Source: Candidatus Bathyarchaeota archaeon RBG_16_48_13 (lineage in GTDB: Archaea; Thermoproteota; Bathyarchaeia; RBG-16-48-13). Taken from it: 64,000 nucleotides of DNA. Where the stretch lies: NCBI GenBank assembly GCA_001775995.1, contig MEZH01000001.1:1-64000 (forward strand), in the 5' to 3' direction. The position numbers and the translations under genes are program-made. The notes beneath the pieces are model-generated. The model saw only the letters and a program-made list of their open reading frames with translations, did no database searches and was not told where the DNA came from. Positions 57,798-64,000 of the stretch are shown in pieces; the first letter of the stretch is position 1; each line of letters begins with the position of its first letter.

Positions 57798-58805
57798 TCA
57801 AGCGTTCTCTTCAATTCTTGGGATTATATCTTCGTCAAGAAACCTAATCATCTTTTTCATATCTGCTCCAAGCGGAAATACTAGGTTGAACTCATCTATT
57901 CCTTTCTCTATGTATGCTCTAAAACGCCTCAGGCATTCTTGGGGAGTTCCCGTGATGGAGAGTTTCTCAACTACCTCATCTGATATTAGCTCGGAAGCCT
58001 TGTCCCAGTTGGGTACAGCATTCTGTATCGCTGCAACCTCTTCTAGGCCTATCTTGGCCATCTCCAACATCTGGTGTGGAGCCATTATCAGAAACTGAGG
58101 AAATGGAAAACGCTTGACTATGTTCCTCGCTGCATCACCATCCTCCGAGATCATGCACATTATGCAGTTTGCGTACCGAAAATTCTTCCTCCTGCCAGCA
58201 GTCTTTAGACCTTCTCCAACCTTGTTGATAGCATATCCAACGTACTCAACAGGCACCCCGTCTAAGAGAACTCCGTCAGCAACGCTCCCTGCTATCGTCA
58301 TCATCCTTGGCCTGCGGCAAGCTAGATAAATAGGCACTTCAGCTGGTCTTCGGTCAAGAAGGTGAGCCTCATGAGTCTCAAAAATCTCACCATCGTATGT
58401 GAGTTTCTCACCAGTCAGAATTCTCCTAACGATCTCTATGGTTTCTCTGCAACGTTTAACAGGCTGGTCCCATTTCATGTTGATGGCAGCAAGCATTTCT
58501 CTACTTCCAGCTCCAAGAGCTAAGAGAGCTCGTCCTCCGGAAATTTCGTTCAGATAGCCTATGGAAAAAGCTGTAACAAATGGATCGCGGGTGTATGGGT
58601 TGGTGGCTCCCAAGGCTAGTTCAACTCTCTTTGTTTCCCAGGCCATAATGTTTAGTATGGCGTATGGATCAGCATGAACCGCTCCGTCACCTGTCCAGAC
58701 AGTATCAATTCTTGATTCATCAGCGATCTTGCAGAACTCCTTTATCTCTTTCAAGCCGCCTCTGCTTATTGTAAAGGGTATTCCAGCTACTCCGAATTTG
58801 ACCAT
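57798..58805 (-). CDS. LLM-class flavin/F420-dependent oxidoreductase (second paralog, convergent)
   Basis: TNPYTRDP, GRALLALGAG, VADG and GTPQEC motifs. Confidence 0.88.
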   Translation of the reverse strand: MVKFGVAGIPFTISRGGLKEIKEFCKIADESRIDTVWTGDGAVHADPYAILNIMAWETKRVELALGATNPYTRDPFVTAFSIGYLNEISGGRALLALGAGSREMLAAINMKWDQPVKRCRETIEIVRRILTGEKLTYDGEIFETHEAHLLDRRPAEVPIYLACRRPRMMTIAGSVADGVLLDGVPVEYVGYAINKVGEGLKTAGRRKNFRYANCIMCMISEDGDAARNIVKRFPFPQFLIMAPHQMLEMAKIGLEEVAAIQNAVPNWDKASELISDEVVEKLSITGTPQECLRRFRAYIEKGIDEFNLVFPLGADMKKMIRFLDEDIIPRIEENA

Positions 58806-59177
58806 ATACTAGACCTTAATGTTCAAGTTAAAGATCATTTTCGTTGACATGTAATTTTTCTTGAGATGAAGTCGCCAGAATTCTGCAACACACAGAATTC
58901 TTCTTCCAATTTATGTCATAGAATTCAAAATGGAAAGATAGAGTATGAAAAAACTCTGACGGAAATATTGACAATGGTAATTGTCGAGTGAAAAGAATCA
59001 TTTTGAAAAATAATAACATGTACTGTTTTCGCGGAATGTAGCACGGAAAATTTAAAGTTGGAAGGGCTTGCGGCCGGATTTGCCAAATGACGATATGAAG
59101 GAGTTATGAACCTGCAGATTTGTAGCATGGCGGCACGCGCGCTCATGATAATTAATACTTTTGTTCTTTTCAAAGAG

Positions 59178-59640
59178 GGTACCAGTATGATACCAAGCGA
59201 TGACAGGGTCTCCAGTGGTACTACCACCACCCATCGGGGGTGTGTGGGTTTGTCCAGTACCCGGATGTGGTAAATCATACCCACTTGCGAATTAGGGGTG
59301 AGTGGAATGGCAGGGGGTGGCATATCTCAAAAGGAAGACTGGACCACCCGGGTACCAGTGGGTAGTATACCAGTGGTTTACCAGTGGTACCGGTAGGTAC
59401 CTGTAGTATACCGGGGAGGATCCCGGAAGTACTGGTGGTACCGGGGGTGGTACCCAAAAATACCAGTGAAGTACCAGGGGCCCCAGCGAGTACCGATTAA
59501 GAGCTAAACGACACACTCAGCGATCCTATAGGTGGTTCTGGGGACTCTGAAGACCCCAATAGTGGTTCAACTGACGGTGAAGTGGGGTAAGGTACCAGGG
59601 TGGGACCACCCACCAGGTCAAACCAAGGGGCTGGGTACCG
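59178..59640. repeat. Low-complexity GTAC / TACCAGTG-rich tract
   Basis: About 13 GTAC and 8 GGTACC counted by eye in about 460 bp; TACCAGTG at 59353, 59368, 59379 and 59461. Confidence 0.8.
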
Positions 59641-59910
59641 ACCAGGCCTACCACCCAGGTTCGCCTTTGACCCTGCCTCCATTCTAACATATATCGACAA
59701 ATACATTGACGAGAAACTCAAGAATGCGTTGAAGACAAGGGGTGCTGGGAGTTCCAAGTTCGAGGGGAGCGGACCGATGTACTACGAGGAGGATGGGATA
59801 CGGGTCTGGGAAACAAAAGACAACAACGCGCGCGCTCGGCTGCTTATTAATGTATTGACCCCACGGATTATGGCGGGCCCGGCAGGATTCGAACCCGCGA
59901 CTTCAGGCTC
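59600..59910 (+). mobile_element. Probable N-terminal fragment (intN) of an SSV-type tyrosine integrase reading into the antisense of tRNA-Arg; remnant of an integrated element
   Basis: About 90 protein-like codons run in frame into AGPAGFEPATSG, the antisense of the tRNA 3' end; no intC or second att site seen. Confidence 0.4.
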
Positions 59911-59987
59911 TCTCCACCTACAGAGGTGCCGAAGGCTTGCGCAATCTCTCCAGATTCTGCGCCCTATCCTGACTAGGCAACGGGCCC
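59874..59987 (-). tRNA. tRNA-Arg(TCG), introns at 29/30 (20 nt, 59937-59956) and 37/38 (19 nt, 59910-59928); CCA encoded
   Basis: BHB central helices GCGC/GCGC and CTTC/GGAG; GGGCCCG/CGGGCCC acceptor. Confidence 0.9.
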
Positions 59988-60092
59988 TAGAAATCTCTTT
60001 CATCAAGTGTTATGGCTATTTCAGACTTGAATCTATCGGTCTCATAGGATATCAATGTTTATTAACCAATTCTGCTCCATTCAGATTTTGGT

Positions 60093-60276
60093 CCCGAGGT
60101 AGCTCAGAGCTCACGGGAACAAAACCCTTGAACGGGTAACCTGGTAGAAAAGTGCCCAAGGTTGGGCCACGCCAAAAGCTTCCGGCTGTAGGCATTTGCC
60201 ATGAAGTGCAAGTACTACTCAGCCTATCAGGCTAACAGATACCGGAGTGTCAGGTGTTCAATTCACCTCCTCGGGA
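60093..60276 (+). tRNA. tRNA-Tyr(GTA), introns at 15/16 (32 nt, 60108-60139), 22/23 (29 nt, 60148-60176) and 37/38 (49 nt, 60192-60240); CCA encoded
   Basis: C1:G72 and A73 Tyr identity; TCCGG/CCGGA stem; 37/38 central helix CTGT/ACAG. Confidence 0.87.
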
Positions 60277-60445
60277 CCACATGTCAATATAAAAAAGATG
60301 AGTCCATAGATTTTCTTCGCTAATAGACAATAACCCAACGAAATAGGCATTATGTACCACCCCCAGCCTAGTCTAATAGAAAGTTTAAATATCTCATAGA
60401 GATTGCAGAAAAGGGATGTCGCTCTCCTATGGATAGGCTGAAAAC

Positions 60446-60958
60446 ATGAGGGGAAAATGTTACAGATTTTCAAAAGGGATGGCATATACTAGAAAGAAGT
60501 ACATCCACGGTTCGCCCCAGAACAAAATCTCCAAATTCACTATGGGAGACCCAGCGGGTAGCTTTGACCTTCGGGCATCTTTGATAGTCTTGGATGGGGG
60601 CCAAATCCGCCATAACGCCTTGGAGGCAGCTAGAATCGCATCCAACAAGGTCTTATTTGATAAACTTGGAGAGAAGGGATATTGTTTAAGAATCATGGTT
60701 TACCCGCACATGATCCTCCGAGAGAATAAAATGATGGCATTCGCTGGAGCTGATCGACTTCAAGAGGGAATGAGAAAAGCATTTGGCAAACCTATAGGCA
60801 GCGCTGCGAGAGTTAAACCGGACCAGGTAATAATAATCTCAGAGGTACCCTCCGCGGCCTTGGATTTAGTTAAAGTATCAATGAGAGTTGGATCTTCCAA
60901 GATCCCTCTTCCATGCAGAGTTGAGATAGTCAAACTCGAGAAAGCCATCGCACCATGA
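60446..60958 (+). CDS. rpl10e: Ribosomal protein L10e (uL16)
   Basis: QIRHNALEAAR, YPH..RENKM and GMRKAFGKP. Confidence 0.96.
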   Translation: MRGKCYRFSKGMAYTRKKYIHGSPQNKISKFTMGDPAGSFDLRASLIVLDGGQIRHNALEAARIASNKVLFDKLGEKGYCLRIMVYPHMILRENKMMAFAGADRLQEGMRKAFGKPIGSAARVKPDQVIIISEVPSAALDLVKVSMRVGSSKIPLPCRVEIVKLEKAIAP

Positions 60959-61019
60959 TGCGACGCCGTCTTAAAAGGCTTCTTTATACATATATCTCTA
61001 GTCGGTGCATAACATATAG

Positions 61020-62009
61020 ATGTTTGAGTTGGAAGAAGAGAAGCTTCTTAGGAAACTGACAAAAATCGGCCCTAGACTCATTCTGATTCAGCTTCCTGAA
61101 GGCTTAAAGAAGGAAGGATTCACCCTAGCCCAGCTTATTGAGGGTAGAACCAATATCGATGTGGCGGTCTCTGCAGATCCCTGTTACGGCGGCTGTGATG
61201 TGGCGATAGATGAAGCCTTGCTTCTGGGAGCAGAGTTGGTAGTCCATTATGGTCACACGCCATTTCTGAGCAAGACAGAGATCCCCGTAATATATATGCG
61301 AGCAAAATCAAGAGTGAATGTTGCCAAAATCGTGAGAAAATCCATCCCCACCCTATCACCATACAACGTGATAGGTTTGGTTGCAACTGCACAAAACGCA
61401 AGCAAATTGAAGGAAGTTAAGAGGATCCTCGAAGACGCTGGAAAAATAGTACGCATAGGCAAGAAGAGCGGCTTGGCAAAGATGGATGGCCAAATATTAG
61501 GTTGTGATTATTCGACAGCAAGATCCATCGTGAAATCCGTGGACGCCTTTCTTTTTGTAGGTGGTGGCGATTTTCATCCATTAGGATTGGCCATGAGAAC
61601 GAGAAAAAAAGTCGTAGTAGCTGACCCTTATAGAAATCGAATAATAGATATGGAGAGTCTGGCAAGAATTGCGCTAAATCAAAGATGGATGGCCATAGAA
61701 GAAGCCCGTAAAGCAAAGAGGTTTGGCATAATAATCGCGCTAAAGCTGGGTCAAAAGAAAATCTCTGACGCTAACAAGATTCGGGAGAAGTTGAAAAGGA
61801 GTGGAAGGAACTCCGTGCTATTGGCGGCCAGAGAAGTGATCCCTGAAAGTCTGCTGAACTTTCAAGACATCGAAGCGTTTGTGATAACCGCTTGTCCACG
61901 TATAGCTATTGATGACTCGCAAAGATTTTTGAAGCCCGTTCTAAACCAAGAGGAATTCTCCATAATGATTGGAGAAAGACCATGGGAAGACTACACAGAG
62001 AAATGGTAA
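61020..62009 (+). CDS. dph2: Diphthamide biosynthesis radical-SAM enzyme Dph2
   Basis: QLPEGLK, CYGGCD, HYGH, GQILGCD and TACPR. Confidence 0.93.
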   Translation: MFELEEEKLLRKLTKIGPRLILIQLPEGLKKEGFTLAQLIEGRTNIDVAVSADPCYGGCDVAIDEALLLGAELVVHYGHTPFLSKTEIPVIYMRAKSRVNVAKIVRKSIPTLSPYNVIGLVATAQNASKLKEVKRILEDAGKIVRIGKKSGLAKMDGQILGCDYSTARSIVKSVDAFLFVGGGDFHPLGLAMRTRKKVVVADPYRNRIIDMESLARIALNQRWMAIEEARKAKRFGIIIALKLGQKKISDANKIREKLKRSGRNSVLLAAREVIPESLLNFQDIEAFVITACPRIAIDDSQRFLKPVLNQEEFSIMIGERPWEDYTEKW

Positions 62010-62647
62010 AAACCAATAAAAGTGGGCTCTCTAATATGCAGACCTTTAAAAAACGGAACCTGGAAATGCTTCTAAGCACTCTAACGTCCTTCGAATGCCC
62101 AAGAATCATGCTGGAACAATATACAACACCTCCCAGAGTCGCATCTGAGATGCTCTTCCTGGCCGCTTTCATAAATGATGACATACGCGACAGGCGAGTT
62201 CTAGATTTAGGTAGCGGGAATGGATGTCTGGCAATAGGTGCAAAATTGACGGGAGCGAAGGAGGCCGTGGGGGTGGAAATTGACCCAAATATTATTAGAT
62301 TAGCCATAGAAAATGCTAGAAAGATCGGCGTCAACATCGAATGGATTAATGCACCGATTGACGTTGTTCTTCCACCATTTGACACTATAATAATGAACCC
62401 CCCCTTTGGCACAAGAAGGGAACATACGGATAGAGAATTCCTTGAAAAGGCTATGGAAATAGGTGAAGTAATCTATTCTATCCACAAGACAAGTACAAGG
62501 GACTACCTAATCAAATATATTCATTCCATGAAGAGAAGAGTGGATACGTTACTTCAAATGAAACTAGAAATTCCTTACTTATATAAATTCCACACCAAGA
62601 GGAAGGGGTTGATTGAAGTTGATCTATTCAGAATAACGAGATCATAG
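61982..62647 (+). CDS. METTL5-family N6-adenine methyltransferase
   Basis: LEQYTTP, DLGSGNG and MNPPFG. Confidence 0.9.
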   Translation: MGRLHREMVKTNKSGLSNMQTFKKRNLEMLLSTLTSFECPRIMLEQYTTPPRVASEMLFLAAFINDDIRDRRVLDLGSGNGCLAIGAKLTGAKEAVGVEIDPNIIRLAIENARKIGVNIEWINAPIDVVLPPFDTIIMNPPFGTRREHTDREFLEKAMEIGEVIYSIHKTSTRDYLIKYIHSMKRRVDTLLQMKLEIPYLYKFHTKRKGLIEVDLFRITRS

Positions 62648-62769
62648 AGGAAAGGAAAGATCGGCGTAGATAAAGGTTAAAAGAGGCGACGCACCCTAAA
62701 AGACCGCTACTAACCTGATAAGTCTCTAATGAATTCTCATGGTAATGACCCTTTGTCTGAGGCAAGAAA

Positions 62770-63381
62770 TTGGACGACAATGGCATGCGTAAAAAGAAGC
62801 AAGGCACTCATAATGATAGAGAAAATGAAAAAACTCAGATAATTATCCCAGGAGACAAACTCGGCGTAATAGAAGAGTATGTGCCTGGTCAGGGCACATT
62901 CACGAATGATGGCAATATTATTTCCTCTGTGATAGGAAAGAAAGAGATATCTCCCAAGACTCGAAGTATTTCCATCGGCCCAGCAAGGCCTCTAACAATG
63001 CCTACTCTTGGAAGCCTTGTTGAAGGCCAAGTTACCAGCGTTCAGGATAAGATGGCGAATATCCGTATCCTAAAAGTTGGCGAAAAAATCCCATCAGGTT
63101 TCTTCACAGGTGTGATCCACATTTCCACAGCAAGTGACGACTACGTGAAAGTGATGCCTTTTGTGTGTAAACCAGGTGATATAGTGAGAGCGAAGGTCAT
63201 AAGCGACAAGAATCGAACATATCAACTTTCCACAGCAGAGAAGAACCTGGGAGTGATACACGGTTTTTGTTCAAGATGTGGAGGTAGCCTATTCAAAAGA
63301 GGAAGAATCCTCCAATGTAACACCTGCCAGAATACCGAAGAAAGAAAGACCGCGAATGACTACGGAAACGGTGCGCAGTAA
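62770..63381 (+). CDS. csl4: Exosome RNA-binding subunit Csl4
   Basis: PGDKLG, GDIVRAKV, LGVI and C-x2-C..C-x2-C zinc ribbon. Confidence 0.92.
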   Translation: MDDNGMRKKKQGTHNDRENEKTQIIIPGDKLGVIEEYVPGQGTFTNDGNIISSVIGKKEISPKTRSISIGPARPLTMPTLGSLVEGQVTSVQDKMANIRILKVGEKIPSGFFTGVIHISTASDDYVKVMPFVCKPGDIVRAKVISDKNRTYQLSTAEKNLGVIHGFCSRCGGSLFKRGRILQCNTCQNTEERKTANDYGNGAQ

Positions 63382-63394
63382 GTGGAGGCAGAGG

Positions 63395-63694
63395 ATGAAC
63401 ATAAGAATCATAAGCAAAACTAAGAACAACGTGAAGATCGAGATTGAAGGTGAAGGTCATACCTTTTGTAATATTCTACAAAAAACTCTGCTTCTAGATC
63501 GGGACGTTGAATATGCGGGATACAATGTTCCTCATCCTCTTACAAATAACTCATTTGTAGAGTTGAAGGTCAAAGGTAGCAGGAAAGCAGAGAAAATACT
63601 GATCACTTCTGCCAAGAAGATTGGAGACGAGGCCAAGGAGTTCGAAGAGAAAATTGGAAAAGCTCTAGTTAAGTACTCGCCCAAAAACGAGTAA
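63395..63694 (+). CDS. rpoL: RNA polymerase subunit L (Rpo11)
   Basis: GEGHTFCN and YNVPHPL; ATG 63395 follows a GAGG RBS. Confidence 0.93.
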   Translation: MNIRIISKTKNNVKIEIEGEGHTFCNILQKTLLLDRDVEYAGYNVPHPLTNNSFVELKVKGSRKAEKILITSAKKIGDEAKEFEEKIGKALVKYSPKNE

Positions 63695-63700
63695 GTGTCA

Positions 63701-64000
63701 ATGCCCATCTTTCTGGAAGAGTACCTTCAAAAGAACTTGTTGAGATGTTCCATTCGAGAGATTCTTCTGGATAAAGAGTTAGCCCAGCTGGGCGACGCAT
63801 ACGTGAATTTCATTTACTCTCTCGCTCTATCTATTTCTGAAAGAAGACCGCTCGGAAAGAAGGTTTCCAGCGAGATCTTGGCAAACGCTATCAAGGAGAG
63901 CGATATCCGGCGGCTTCTACCCAGCGGATCTGATAGACATACTCAAGGAGATGCTGCTGAAGCATTAATATTATGCTCATGGATAACTGACAGGGTGACT
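63701..64000 (+). CDS. Mini ribonuclease III-like protein, truncated by the window end
   Basis: Manual translation gives LAQLGDAYVNF and QGDAAEAL, both RNase III signature motifs. Confidence 0.8.
   Translation, partial: MPIFLEEYLQKNLLRCSIREILLDKELAQLGDAYVNFIYSLALSISERRPLGKKVSSEILANAIKESDIRRLLPSGSDRHTQGDAAEALILCSWITDRVT

Noticed and set aside
59205-59470. Chromosomal oriC with ORB boxes
   Set aside because: Only the CCAGTGG core matches; the GAAAC and spaced G-string are absent and no cdc6/orc1 is in the window. Kept only as an alternative in the findings.
59911-60139. C-terminal part of track ORF 59600-60139 as real protein
   Set aside because: It is the antisense of tRNA-Arg and overlaps tRNA-Tyr; coding there is implausible.
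304-62485. Many short antisense or overlapping ORFs in the track (e.g. 304-495, 1392-1757, 3488-3943, 46636-47235, 55169-55855, and ORFs over tRNAs or 5S rRNA)
   Set aside because: They are shadows of well-supported genes on the other strand or frame, with no recognisable motifs.
62700-62762. C/D box sRNA upstream of csl4 (TAATGA...CTGA)
   Set aside because: Boxes are degenerate and the guide is only 8 nt; not supportable without a target search.

Overview
64 kb of archaeal core chromosome, about 45% GC by eye and gene-dense. The gene set (EF-2, Pop5/Rpp30, L13e, S15, L10e, Dph2, Csl4, Rpo11, DUF1512, unlinked 5S rRNA, methanogen-type SerRS, W-AOR, intron-rich tRNAs) points to a TACK archaeon, most likely Bathyarchaeia (inference, not database-checked). 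Most of it is housekeeping: translation, aminoacyl-tRNA synthetases, DNA repair and replication, sugar-nucleotide and lipid glycosylation, NfnAB-like transhydrogenase and a small catabolic cluster. There is no CRISPR array and no intact transposase. The most striking content is in the tRNAs. I reconstructed 13 tRNA genes by hand; 10 carry 22 introns in total, 14 of them at non-canonical positions, including one splitting the anticodon (34/35) and one in the 3' acceptor strand (68/69). All four tRNAs whose intron splicing motif (BHB) occupies an acceptor-stem strand also carry a flanking near-copy of that strand in the leader or trailer. This 'acceptor-stem decoy' could pair with the orphaned strand while splicing occurs, and I do not recall it being described. 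Other leads: a possible intron-in-intron in tRNA-Tyr, a roughly 330-nt structured non-coding region upstream of tyrS, a GTAC/VPVVY-rich remnant with a probable SSV-type intN fragment at tRNA-Arg, a HAD phosphatase-polyprenol kinase fusion, and ACG/CTG start codons. At least 8 frameshifts in 5 genes suggest indel errors in the assembly, so single-base oddities need read-level confirmation.
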